From NCBI RefSeq assembly GCF_013213975.1, contig NZ_JABSST010000002.1, positions 3,758 to 67,757 of the forward strand: 64,000 bases of DNA, read 5' to 3'. This document shows, one piece after another, positions 1 through 8,662 of the stretch. The notes under the pieces are model-generated. The model was not told the DNA's origin. It did not search any database and was given only the letters and a program-made list of their open reading frames with translations. Each line of letters begins with the position of its first letter. Position 1 is the first letter of the stretch. This DNA is from Winogradskyella sp. GTDB taxonomy: Bacteria > Bacteroidota > Bacteroidia > Flavobacteriales > Flavobacteriaceae. Position numbers and translations under genes: made by a program.

Positions 1-1047
1 CCCAATACAGTAATCACATGGAATCCTTCAATTCCCTTAGCCACAGAATTACATGGTGGTATGGGAGAACTTAGCGCTCAACATTTCACCAATTACCCAC
101 CAATAAATCAATTATGCTTCGTAATTGGCAATCTGTTTCCAGGTAAAGGCATTTTAAGCTCGGTCATTGGCATGCGTCTATTGATCATATCGGCTGATAT
201 CGGAACTCTATATTTTGGCAAAAAGCTACTAGAAGTATTAAAGCTACCATCAAATCGTATTTTTTGGTACATCCTTAATCCATTTATAATCATAGAATTC
301 ACAGGCAATCTCCATTTTGAAGGTGTGATGCTTTTCTTCCTTATCTGGAGTCTGTATTTATTACATTCAGGAAAATGGAAATGGGCCGCATTAGTTTTTG
401 CCTGTTCAGTGTCGGTTAAGCTCATCCCATTAATGTTTCTACCGCTTTTTTTCTGGTGGTTCGTTAAAAAAGACAAGATCATGGCAGGTCTTAAACAGCT
501 TACGCTTTTTTATACAATTGTTTGCCTAAGTATTGTGCTTCTGTTTTCACCCTTCTTTTCCATGGCATTTATAACCAACTATGCTGAGACAGTTGGCCTT
601 TGGTTTGGAAATTTTGAATTCAATGCAAGTATTTATTACATACTAAGAGAAATAGGATTTAGTATTACAGGATACAATGAGATACAAACCATTAGTAAAA
701 TATTACCTGTAATTACATTACTCTCTATTTTAGGTTTAGCATTCCTACAACAAAACAATGATTTTAAAACACTGGCAAGTTCAATGCTTCTAGCCTTTAC
801 GATATATCTCTTTTTAAGTACAACTGTGCATCCATGGTATATATCTACCTTAGTACTACTCTGCATGTTTACCAGTTATAGGTTTCCTTTGGTTTGGAGT
901 TTGGTCATAATTTTAAGCTACCTCGCTTATCTTGGCATTGGAACCTCCGAAAAATCGGAAAACCTATGGATTATTAGTTTAGAATACCTCTTGGTCTATG
1001 CTGCTTTCCTCTGGGAAGTGGTATTTAAAAAAAAGATTACGGTTTAA
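1..1047 (+). CDS. Polytopic membrane glycosyltransferase (GT-C fold, GT87/DUF2029 mannosyltransferase-like), 5'-truncated by the window edge
   Basis: Frame is open from base 1 (PNTVITWNPS... runs into MGELSAQ). Many TM segments; motifs NYPP, GNLHFE, SVKLIP, FNASIY, TTVHPWY typical of this family. Confidence 0.6.
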   Translation, partial: PNTVITWNPSIPLATELHGGMGELSAQHFTNYPPINQLCFVIGNLFPGKGILSSVIGMRLLIISADIGTLYFGKKLLEVLKLPSNRIFWYILNPFIIIEFTGNLHFEGVMLFFLIWSLYLLHSGKWKWAALVFACSVSVKLIPLMFLPLFFWWFVKKDKIMAGLKQLTLFYTIVCLSIVLLFSPFFSMAFITNYAETVGLWFGNFEFNASIYYILREIGFSITGYNEIQTISKILPVITLLSILGLAFLQQNNDFKTLASSMLLAFTIYLFLSTTVHPWYISTLVLLCMFTSYRFPLVWSLVIILSYLAYLGIGTSEKSENLWIISLEYLLVYAAFLWEVVFKKKITV

Positions 1048-1349
1048 TCTTCTAAATCCTCAGGAGGCTGCGCTGCTTCAGGATCATCATCAAACTTCTC
1101 ATAATCATCGTCATCGTAGTTCTCCATAGTTAATGCCAACTTCGTACTCACTTTTACTAAGTACTTGGTATCCTCTGTTGTTACTTCAACGGCCTCAACC
1201 ACCTCGTTTTTTAAATTTTTGAAGGTAATAATGTGATCATCATCATAGCCATCTGGATATTTCTCAACAAGCAAAGCCAGAATTTCTGGAGTCAATTTAT
1301 TAAAGTCAACAATAACGCGCTTTAAGTGTAGGTCTTTTTTATTCTTCAT
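1044..1349 (-). CDS. Small conserved Flavobacteriaceae hypothetical protein with acidic C-terminal tail
   Basis: 101-aa ORF with KRVIVDFNKLTPEILALLVEKYPDGY and a D/E-rich tail; no recognisable catalytic motif. Confidence 0.65.
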   Translation of the reverse strand: MKNKKDLHLKRVIVDFNKLTPEILALLVEKYPDGYDDDHIITFKNLKNEVVEAVEVTTEDTKYLVKVSTKLALTMENYDDDDYEKFDDDPEAAQPPEDLED

Positions 1350-1408
1350 GTTAGGTTGATTTACAAGTTAAAAAGTGAGAATAACATAGTTGTCCTATTG
1401 CTTTAAGA

Positions 1409-1532
1409 CATTGGCTGGTATGGGAAATAAAATCGGAAGTTAGCTTTAAAATTCGGTCACTTATCTGATAAGCAGTTTTTGAATACAACTTCCTAATGTT
1501 CAAAAACCCGAACGCAAAAACAGTTTTCAATG
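1409..1532 (+). ncRNA. ssrS: Probable 6S RNA (6S-Flavo-like)
   Basis: About 124-nt rod-like hairpin: CATTG(1409-13)/CAATG(1528-32), GGG(1422-24)/CCC(1507-09), a central A-rich bubble (1425-34 opposite 1494-1506), GGAAGTT(1435-41)/AACTTCC(1487-93), ATTC(1451-54)/GAAT(1481-84), apical CTTAT/ATAAG. Followed by a + strand terminator with no + strand CDS in between. Boundaries approximate. Confidence 0.65.
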
Positions 1533-1569
1533 TGTTCAGCTCAATCAAGAACGTACTTAATTAGTAGTT

Positions 1570-1600
1570 CCTAACTTAGAGTAAAGTTAGGCTATTTTTT
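1570..1600 (+). terminator. Rho-independent terminator downstream of the putative 6S RNA
   Basis: CCTAACTT-AGAGTA-AAGTTAGG 8-bp stem followed by CTATTTTTT. Confidence 0.65.
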
Positions 1601-1781
1601 AATGCACCAAACATTTTTAGATTTTTTTTAAAAAGGATTTAAATTGTCAATTTAACCTTTTGTTTTTCAAGTATTTATTCACCGAATAATACACACAAAT
1701 TTAATATTTTAAAACTTGGCTTGTCCCATAAATAACCCAGATAAATGCATATATTCGTTAGCATATTTTTAGAGATATTAC

Positions 1782-2345
1782 ATGATGAAAAAGAGTCTAT
1801 TATTATTGATAATTTGTTTGTTTTCAAATTTAGTTGAAGCTCAATTCATTAAAGAACGATCAATAAATGCTCAAGTTGGATATGGGTTGAGTGCGCCTTA
1901 TGACAGTGTTGATGAAATTGCAGATGATGGTTTTTTTGCCCAGGGAGACTTAGTTCTTGAGGTAAAATCTTGGCTCGAACTTAGACCATATGTTGGTTTT
2001 ATTATAACAAGCTCAAATGGTGAAGACTTAAATGGCAATCCCACTAATGAAAAAGCAGAATCAAAAGCCTTTTTACTTGGTGGAAAAGCACGAGTAAGAG
2101 CACCAATTCCTTGGGTAGCACCATATGTAGAATTTGGAATAGGAACTTCAATTGGAAAATTTGAAACCTTAACAGCATTTGACGATATAAAAAAAAGCGG
2201 AATCACATATCACATCCCATTTTCTTTCGGACTTGAACTTGGAAAGAATAATAATGTTGATTTAGGATTTACCTATTATTATCAGCCTTCGGTTAAACAA
2301 TATGTTGGTGCTCTTGCAGTTGGGATTACATTTCCGCTCAATTAA
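1782..2345 (+). CDS. Outer-membrane beta-barrel protein (8-stranded OmpA-like/porin family)
   Basis: Signal peptide, alternating amphipathic beta-strands, C-terminal ...VGITFPLN. Confidence 0.65.
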   Translation: MMKKSLLLLIICLFSNLVEAQFIKERSINAQVGYGLSAPYDSVDEIADDGFFAQGDLVLEVKSWLELRPYVGFIITSSNGEDLNGNPTNEKAESKAFLLGGKARVRAPIPWVAPYVEFGIGTSIGKFETLTAFDDIKKSGITYHIPFSFGLELGKNNNVDLGFTYYYQPSVKQYVGALAVGITFPLN

Positions 2346-2389
2346 AATCTAACTTTGACTAATTATCCAATGTAACTGTTAGACGTAAT

Positions 2390-3265
2390 TTGAAACAAGC
2401 ACAACACATAATTATATTTTTAGCGATTACTTTACTTTTTACCTGTGGCCAGAATTCTTATGAAAAAGAACTAAATGGAAAATGGTACGGAATTGATAAC
2501 GACGGCTATACAAGAATGCATTTTTATCCAGATAGTTTAGTTTTTTCTGAAGAATTTACTGAAAGTGTTGAATGGAAAGCATCTAAAGATAAAATAGAAT
2601 TTAGCTTACCAAGTAATTTATGGTTAGATTCCATTCAAGATGTGACTATAACATATAGATTATCTAAGACTCGAGACACCTTATTTGGCTCTTTTAGTAA
2701 TACAAACGGTCAATTTGATGCCAGTTTAATGAGAGTTGATAATTATATCGAATATCTCAATAAACGATATGGAGTTAATTTGTCCTTACCAGTAAATGAT
2801 TCAGTAAAAAATCTAAATTATTACCTTAAAAATAGTCTGGATCCGATGTATGGCTTAAAAGTATTTATTGGACAATCTGGTAAAAGCCTTTTTGCCAAAA
2901 CAGAACTTTCGAATAATCTAAGCACTCTTGAATCTGATATCAAAACGTTTAAATCTAGAATAAAACCCTCCCAACACCCACTAAATTATCACAGGGAAAT
3001 CTTAAATGATGAACATATAAGTCTTTTAGAAAATAGATTTCATTTCAGGGTTTTTGCAGACAAATCAATCTCTGATGAAATGATTACTAAAAGTCTATCT
3101 ATAAGCATTAGTGGCGATAATTCATTTTATAAAAGAATTCAATCGAAAACACCAGATTCATTACCAATAAAAGTTTTTAGAATTTATGACAATAAAGAAA
3201 TGGAAAAGAATTCTGGAATAAGGGGAAGAGAAATAAATACTAATGCCTTCTATTTTTATAATTAA
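2390..3265 (+). CDS. Hypothetical lipoprotein
   Basis: 291-aa ORF with TTG start and a lipobox-like LLFTC; ELNGKWYG lipocalin-like start; AT-rich. Confidence 0.55.
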   Translation: MKQAQHIIIFLAITLLFTCGQNSYEKELNGKWYGIDNDGYTRMHFYPDSLVFSEEFTESVEWKASKDKIEFSLPSNLWLDSIQDVTITYRLSKTRDTLFGSFSNTNGQFDASLMRVDNYIEYLNKRYGVNLSLPVNDSVKNLNYYLKNSLDPMYGLKVFIGQSGKSLFAKTELSNNLSTLESDIKTFKSRIKPSQHPLNYHREILNDEHISLLENRFHFRVFADKSISDEMITKSLSISISGDNSFYKRIQSKTPDSLPIKVFRIYDNKEMEKNSGIRGREINTNAFYFYN

Positions 3266-3356
3266 GAAATACTGTATACTGATTAAGCAAAACCCTAAAC
3301 TCAATAAAAACAAGACTTTACTCAACCAAATCCATTAGGAACTCAAACCCATTTTA

Positions 3357-3364
3357 TATCTTTG
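3357..3364 (+). promoter_or_regulatory. Bacteroidetes housekeeping -7 promoter box
   Basis: TATCTTTG matches TAnnTTTG; it overlaps the ORF-track TTG at 3362, favouring ATG 3407 as the true start. Confidence 0.5.
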
Positions 3365-3406
3365 ATAATGACTGTTAGCTTAGCTGTAAACAAAAACACA
3401 GGTATT

Positions 3407-3826
3407 ATGAAAACACAAGTCTTAACTCAAAAATCATCTATCAGCACTTTAAGTCTATTGACTTTATTGATACTCTTGTTTACACTAAACACTGCTATCG
3501 GGCAAACAAACACCGACACTCCTACCACAAACGAGCGTGTTATTAAAGGGCTTATTAGTGATGAGAATGGTCCATTAAAGGACGTTAATGTTAGAAAAAA
3601 AGGCAGTAGAAATGGTGTGGTGACTAATGAGAAAGGAGAATTTACCTTTCCTGAGAAACTTAAAACTGGTGATGTCTTGCTCATTTCATTTATTGGTTTT
3701 GAAACGCAAGAGTATATCATTGGTGCAGAAACCACGTTTGTTAGCTTAGTTTTAACCGAAGCTATGATAGAAATGATTGGTGCCTTAGACGCTAATACAC
3801 CGTACCGATCTAAACGTAAAAACTGA
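3407..3826 (+). CDS. Stand-alone CarboxypepD_reg-like domain protein (exported)
   Basis: IKGLISDENGPLKDVNV...TNEKGEF...LISFIGFETQE is the domain normally found at the N-terminus of SusC; hydrophobic signal segment. Start moved from 3362 to ATG 3407. Confidence 0.7.
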   Translation: MKTQVLTQKSSISTLSLLTLLILLFTLNTAIGQTNTDTPTTNERVIKGLISDENGPLKDVNVRKKGSRNGVVTNEKGEFTFPEKLKTGDVLLISFIGFETQEYIIGAETTFVSLVLTEAMIEMIGALDANTPYRSKRKN

Positions 3827-3840
3827 TAGCCCAGTTTACA

Positions 3841-4863
3841 TTGAAATCTCTTTTTTACATTGTTTTTGTCCTGATGATTGGCCAATCCCATTTCTATGGA
3901 CAAGTTTCTGATTTTAGTCATATCGATTTTAAAAAGGCAGATAGTATTGCATTATCGCTGAGCTCAGAACGATTAACTAATCTTCCTGAGCTTTCGTTAA
4001 AGCTTACCGAGCACCTCGATACAGATGTAGAACGTTTTAGAGCCATTTACAGATGGGTTTGTGATAATATTGCTAATGATTATAGTCTCTACCTAAAAAA
4101 CAGTCGTAAACGTCAACGTTACAAGGATGATAGCTTAAAGTTTAAAGCGTGGAATACAAAGTTTAGACAAATCATTTTTAAAAACCTTTTAAAACGTGAG
4201 CGTACCATTTGTACAGGTTATGCCTATTTGGTGAAAACTTTATCCGACTTAGCTAATATAGACTGCGAAATTGTACAAGGTTACGGACGCGTAAGTACAA
4301 CGAATATTGACAAATTAAACCTTCCTAACCATTCTTGGAATGCCGTAAAACTGAATGATAAATGGTACCTCTGCGACCCAACTTGGGCTAGTGGTATTCC
4401 TAATCCAGAAACCAACCGATTTAAGTTTGCTTATAACAATGGTTTCTTTTTAACCAACCCAAAACTGTTTGCCGTTAACCATTTCCCTGTAGACTCAACA
4501 TGGTGGTTACTCAATGATACGATTCCAACTTTTGATCAGTTTTTAGGTGCACCTGTTATTTATGGCAATGCTTACAAGCATTTAGAGTTTGTAGACCAGC
4601 CAAAACAAATGCATCATGACATTAAAAAGCATCAAAGTCTGAATTTAGTTATGACCGTAAAAGCTAACCTCAACAAAGAAGACCTTCATCTACTTATTGA
4701 TAATGGGATAGAACCTAAAAAGGTAAACTTAAGCAGCATAAATATTGAGGGCAAACAGCTAAAGTTATCTCATACTTTTGATAAGTTTGGGTTTTATGAT
4801 GTTCACCTTTATATAAAGAATGACCTTATTGCTACTTATACCGTAGACGTTGCTCAGAATTAA
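3841..4863 (+). CDS. Transglutaminase-like (Cyk3/KY-type) domain protein, exported
   Basis: Papain-like triad motifs ICTGYAYL (Cys), NHSWNAV (His), LCDPTW (Asp); RAIYRWVCDNI. Confidence 0.8.
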   Translation: MKSLFYIVFVLMIGQSHFYGQVSDFSHIDFKKADSIALSLSSERLTNLPELSLKLTEHLDTDVERFRAIYRWVCDNIANDYSLYLKNSRKRQRYKDDSLKFKAWNTKFRQIIFKNLLKRERTICTGYAYLVKTLSDLANIDCEIVQGYGRVSTTNIDKLNLPNHSWNAVKLNDKWYLCDPTWASGIPNPETNRFKFAYNNGFFLTNPKLFAVNHFPVDSTWWLLNDTIPTFDQFLGAPVIYGNAYKHLEFVDQPKQMHHDIKKHQSLNLVMTVKANLNKEDLHLLIDNGIEPKKVNLSSINIEGKQLKLSHTFDKFGFYDVHLYIKNDLIATYTVDVAQN

Positions 4864-5699
4864 AGCATTTTAAGGGTATTTACCTCTTGCTGCGTCAAAT
4901 GTTTCCAGTGACCACGAGGAATGTCTTTTTTGGTAAGATGTGCAATAGCCACACAATCTATCTTTACCAAATCGTATTTAAGTGTGTCAAAAATAGTACG
5001 AAGGATGGTATTACCTGTATTCTTAATTTTTATACCAATCTTGTTTTTAGACTCACCTTCGATATAACTAATCTCTTCTACAGTGATTAATTTTCCGTCT
5101 ACTTTAAATCCTTCCTGAATCTTTTTAAGATCTTCAAACTTTAAATTCTTATCCAATTCCACCTGGAATAAACGCGCCACCCCAGTTTTAGAATTGGTGA
5201 ACTTTTGGACCACTTTATCATCGTTTGTAAAGAGTAATAGTCCTAAAGAGTTACGCCCCAGACGTCCAATAGGTTTAATATTAGCATTTGTTGCATTGGC
5301 CACTAAATCCATAACCGTTCTTCCCTTACCTTCTGCTGTTGTTGTAGCAAAACCCTTTGGTTTATTTAAGAGTACATAAACTTTTGACTCTGGCGTTATG
5401 CGCTGTCCGTCAAACCTAACCTCATCGGTTGGCTTTACCTTATAGCCCATTTCTGTAATGACCTTACCATTAACCGTCACTAAGCCAATGGCGATATTTT
5501 CATCGGCTTCACGACGCGAACACATCCCAGAATTGGCGATGTATTTGTTTAAACGCATATCGTTAGAATCCGCTGATTTTTTTTGTTGTGTTTTCTTTTT
5601 GACTGGAGCATTACCTCTTGCAAAACTTTTAGATTTGCGATTAGCATTTCCTCTGCCCGAAGCTTTTCCTCTACCCTTGCTATCTTGTTGTCTGCTCAT
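4860..5699 (-). CDS. rluB: RluB/RsuA-family pseudouridine synthase homologue with the catalytic Asp replaced (S4 domain + Psi-synthase fold)
   Basis: S4 domain MRLNKYIANSGMCSRREAD and LLNKPKG; motif II reads GRLGRNSLGLLLFTND instead of GRLD. Confidence 0.8.
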   Translation of the reverse strand: MSRQQDSKGRGKASGRGNANRKSKSFARGNAPVKKKTQQKKSADSNDMRLNKYIANSGMCSRREADENIAIGLVTVNGKVITEMGYKVKPTDEVRFDGQRITPESKVYVLLNKPKGFATTTAEGKGRTVMDLVANATNANIKPIGRLGRNSLGLLLFTNDDKVVQKFTNSKTGVARLFQVELDKNLKFEDLKKIQEGFKVDGKLITVEEISYIEGESKNKIGIKIKNTGNTILRTIFDTLKYDLVKIDCVAIAHLTKKDIPRGHWKHLTQQEVNTLKML

Positions 5700-5712
5700 G
5701 TTGATTTTTTTG

Positions 5713-5720
5713 CAAATGTA
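5713..5720 (-). promoter_or_regulatory. -7 promoter box for the rluB-like gene
   Basis: Minus-strand TACATTTG, 13 nt upstream of the ATG. Confidence 0.55.
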
Positions 5721-5739
5721 CTACAATAGTTAACATAAC

Positions 5740-6687
5740 CTACTTAATTTCAACAGTTGTTTGGCGATCTCTGTTCACCGTTAATTTAGTCACATCTGGT
5801 CTTGAGTAGTGACCAACAGGATCAAAATTTTGACGTTCTTCCAAAACACGATTAAAATCTATAGTTTGTATAATTAGCCCTTCTTTGTGAAGTACCGGTG
5901 CTACAATCCACTCACCATCTGGTCCTGCAATACAACTTCCTCCATTGGCCAACGTCTCTGGAGCATTCTTCAATATAGCTTCTAAATATGGTGTGCCCTT
6001 AGGAAAATCCGTTTTGGACATTAAACTCGATACTGATACTACAAAAGAACGTGATTCTTTTGCAATAAATCGTGTAATATCTTTAGTGTTATGATCGCTT
6101 CCTGGCCATACGGCAATGTGTAAGTTTTCACCTTGTCCATATAATGCTGTTCTTGGTAATGGCATCCAGTTTTCCCAGCAGTTAAGACCACCAACCGTAA
6201 AGGCCTTTAACGGATGTACTTGTAAGCCATTTCCATCTCCTGGAGCCCAGGTTAAACGTTCATCGTAAGTTGGTTGTAATTTTCTGTGCACTGATTTTAT
6301 ATCTCCAGATGCATCAATATATACTAAGGATGCATAAATACTATGACCTCCACGATCTAAAGGACGTTCCATAATCCCCAGATAAATGGCCATCTCATTG
6401 TCTTTTGCCAATTGACAAACCGAATCTAACTCCCCTTTCTCAATGCACACAGCATTTCTTACATAATGGGCATGAAGTTCTTTATTCAAGTTAGTATTCC
6501 ATTCTGCACCACCTGTTAAAGCCAACCAGAATGGATATCCTGGCAATAAAGCTTCACCGAAAACAATAAGCTCGCAATGATCTTTTGCTGCTGCTTTAAT
6601 TTGTTCTTCTATTTTTAATAAGGTGGCACTTTTATCTAACCAAACAGGTGCAATTTGCGCCATAGCAATTTTTAAAGTCGTGTTCAT
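5740..6687 (-). CDS. Nitrilase (carbon-nitrogen hydrolase superfamily)
   Basis: Glu-Lys-Cys triad: FGEALLPGYP, HRKLQPTYDER, LNCWENW; C-terminal FDPVGHYSRPD. Confidence 0.9.
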   Translation of the reverse strand: MNTTLKIAMAQIAPVWLDKSATLLKIEEQIKAAAKDHCELIVFGEALLPGYPFWLALTGGAEWNTNLNKELHAHYVRNAVCIEKGELDSVCQLAKDNEMAIYLGIMERPLDRGGHSIYASLVYIDASGDIKSVHRKLQPTYDERLTWAPGDGNGLQVHPLKAFTVGGLNCWENWMPLPRTALYGQGENLHIAVWPGSDHNTKDITRFIAKESRSFVVSVSSLMSKTDFPKGTPYLEAILKNAPETLANGGSCIAGPDGEWIVAPVLHKEGLIIQTIDFNRVLEERQNFDPVGHYSRPDVTKLTVNRDRQTTVEIK

Positions 6688-7590
6688 TTAAATACGGTTT
6701 AATACAATAGAGCTGTCAATTAATAATATTGAAAATACACCTGCTACAATGATAAACTTTAGAATGTTATGTAGAATTAAATAGTGTGTTTTCTTATTTG
6801 ATTTCCACAGGATAAGTAAGAAAAGTATGAGCAACATTACACTCAGGTAAAAGAAATAAAACATGTGCCCAATATTAAAAAATAGTATCAAAGCTACAGC
6901 AGATACTATGGTGAAAATGACTAAAATGGTCAATATGGTTTTTGAGGTTTTCTCTCCATAAACAACAGGCACGGTCTTATAATCTAAAGCTAAGTCTCCC
7001 TTTAAATTTTCAAGATCTTTGGTGAGTTCTCGCATGGATACGAGCAAAAACAAAAATATAGCGTGAGCAAATATGACCAGCTCAAAATTTCGGTAATAAA
7101 TAAATATGGCAAAAAAAGGAATTACGGTCAATATCGCTGAGACTAAGTTTCCAGTCATAGGTTGCTTCTTAAAACGATGCGAATACAACCAAATGGCAAA
7201 AATGTAAATCGCAAAGAATATCACAGTTCTAAACGATACATAACTCGCAAAAACTAGAGCCAAAAAATTAAGGACAAAATAGAAGGACAACTTGGTGTTT
7301 TGACTTACCAAACGATCTAACATGGTCTTTCTTGGTCTGTTTATTAAGTCCTTTTCAGAATCATAAAAATTATTAATGATATAACCTGCTGCAATGGTTG
7401 CTGAAGAAGCTAAAACCAACATCAATAAGTTCACATCAAAAAGCACCTCTTTGATTGGTCTGTCAGGAGCAAAAATGTAAATAGAGGCTAAATATTGCGC
7501 AATAACAACTACCAAAATGTTGTAGCCACGAACAACAGAAAACAGACTGAAAAATTTAAGAAGAATGAGTTTCTGCCGTCTTGAAAGCAT
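6688..7590 (-). CDS. UbiA-superfamily prenyltransferase (DGGGP-synthase-like)
   Basis: Multi-TM protein; motifs GYIINNFYDSEKDLINRP and RELTKDLENLKGD; its stop codon abuts the nitrilase ATG. Confidence 0.85.
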   Translation of the reverse strand: MLSRRQKLILLKFFSLFSVVRGYNILVVVIAQYLASIYIFAPDRPIKEVLFDVNLLMLVLASSATIAAGYIINNFYDSEKDLINRPRKTMLDRLVSQNTKLSFYFVLNFLALVFASYVSFRTVIFFAIYIFAIWLYSHRFKKQPMTGNLVSAILTVIPFFAIFIYYRNFELVIFAHAIFLFLLVSMRELTKDLENLKGDLALDYKTVPVVYGEKTSKTILTILVIFTIVSAVALILFFNIGHMFYFFYLSVMLLILFLLILWKSNKKTHYLILHNILKFIIVAGVFSILLIDSSIVLNRI

Positions 7591-7602
7591 AAAATGAGAG
7601 TT

Positions 7603-7635
7603 AAAAAAACCTCACAAGTTCAACACTTATGAGGT
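7603..7635 (-). terminator. Terminator-like hairpin between mvk and the UbiA gene
   Basis: Minus strand ACCTCATAAGT-GTTGA-ACTTGTGAGGT (11 bp with one G-U) followed by a T run. Confidence 0.6.
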
Positions 7636-7656
7636 CTAGATATTCTAGTCTTAGTT

Positions 7657-8586
7657 TTAAAAGTTATAAACGACTTCTAACTTCTGTCCTTTTAGCGCTT
7701 CCTTAGCCTTTTCAATATTTTCAGTAAAGCCTAAGATATAGCCTCCACCACCAGAACCGCACAGTTTTAAGTAGTAATCGTTAGTTTCGATACCTTTTTT
7801 CCATAACTCGTGGAATTGTGTTGGTATCATAGGTTTAAAATTATTCAGAACCACCTTAGACAATTGCTTTGTGTTTCTGAATAGTGATTTCATGTCCCCT
7901 TTAAGAAAATCATCTACACAAGCATCGGTATGCTTAATAAATTGATCCTTAAGCATACTTCTGAAGCCTTCGTTCTTCATATTCTCCATGAAGATACTCA
8001 CCATTGGTGCCGTTTCACCAACAATACCACTGTCTAATAAAAAGACTGCTCCTTTTCCTTCGGTTTTTTGTGAAGGAATACCAGTGGCTTCAATATTATC
8101 CTTTGAGTTGATTAAGATTGGTAAACTTAAGTAACTATTTAACGGATCCAAACCTGAAGACTTGCCATGAAAAAACGATTCCATCTGAGAGAAAATTGCC
8201 TTTAAGGTCAGTAATTTTTCTCTTGTTAGGTTTTCCAGAACCGTAATTTTATTAGAAGCATACTTATCATAAATGGCTGCAACTAAAGCACCACTACTTC
8301 CCACTCCATATCCTTGAGGAATGGATGAATCGAAGTACATACCAGCAGCAACATCGTTCTGTAACTTTTCATTATCAAACTGCACCATATCCTCATCCAA
8401 TTGCTCTAAATAGTCAGCAAATCGTTTTAAACTCCTATTCGAAGCAATAGCCTCGTCTGAAGGATTTTCATCAACCTTTAGCGCACCATTGTAAAAGTTA
8501 TATGGAATAGATAATCCTTTGGAATCTTTAATAATGCCATACTCTCCAAATAGTAGAATTTTTGAGTAAAAAAGTGGTCCTTTCAT
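7657..8586 (-). CDS. mvk: Mevalonate kinase (GHMP kinase)
   Basis: KILLFGEY, SSIPQGYGVGSSGA, HGKSSGLDP, KLCGSGGGG; adjacent to mvaD. Confidence 0.85.
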   Translation of the reverse strand: MKGPLFYSKILLFGEYGIIKDSKGLSIPYNFYNGALKVDENPSDEAIASNRSLKRFADYLEQLDEDMVQFDNEKLQNDVAAGMYFDSSIPQGYGVGSSGALVAAIYDKYASNKITVLENLTREKLLTLKAIFSQMESFFHGKSSGLDPLNSYLSLPILINSKDNIEATGIPSQKTEGKGAVFLLDSGIVGETAPMVSIFMENMKNEGFRSMLKDQFIKHTDACVDDFLKGDMKSLFRNTKQLSKVVLNNFKPMIPTQFHELWKKGIETNDYYLKLCGSGGGGYILGFTENIEKAKEALKGQKLEVVYNF

Positions 8587-8662
8587 TTATGTTGGGCAAA
8601 TTTCTTTAACAAATATACGTATTAAATTCCTGTATCGTTCACAATCAAGACCTAAGCCTAAG

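Noticed and set aside
1044-1349. 'DNA primase' label that I recall being attached to similar small proteins
   Set aside because: No zinc-finger or TOPRIM motif, and it is far too short.
1351-1548. 65-aa minus-strand ORF
   Set aside because: It overlaps the structured 6S-like RNA, has no protein motif, and is better explained as a shadow ORF.
6688-7590. Archaeal-type ether lipid synthesis inferred from the DGGGP-synthase-like gene
   Set aside because: No GGGP synthase or G1P dehydrogenase is in the window and the motifs are atypical; UbiA similarity alone is insufficient.
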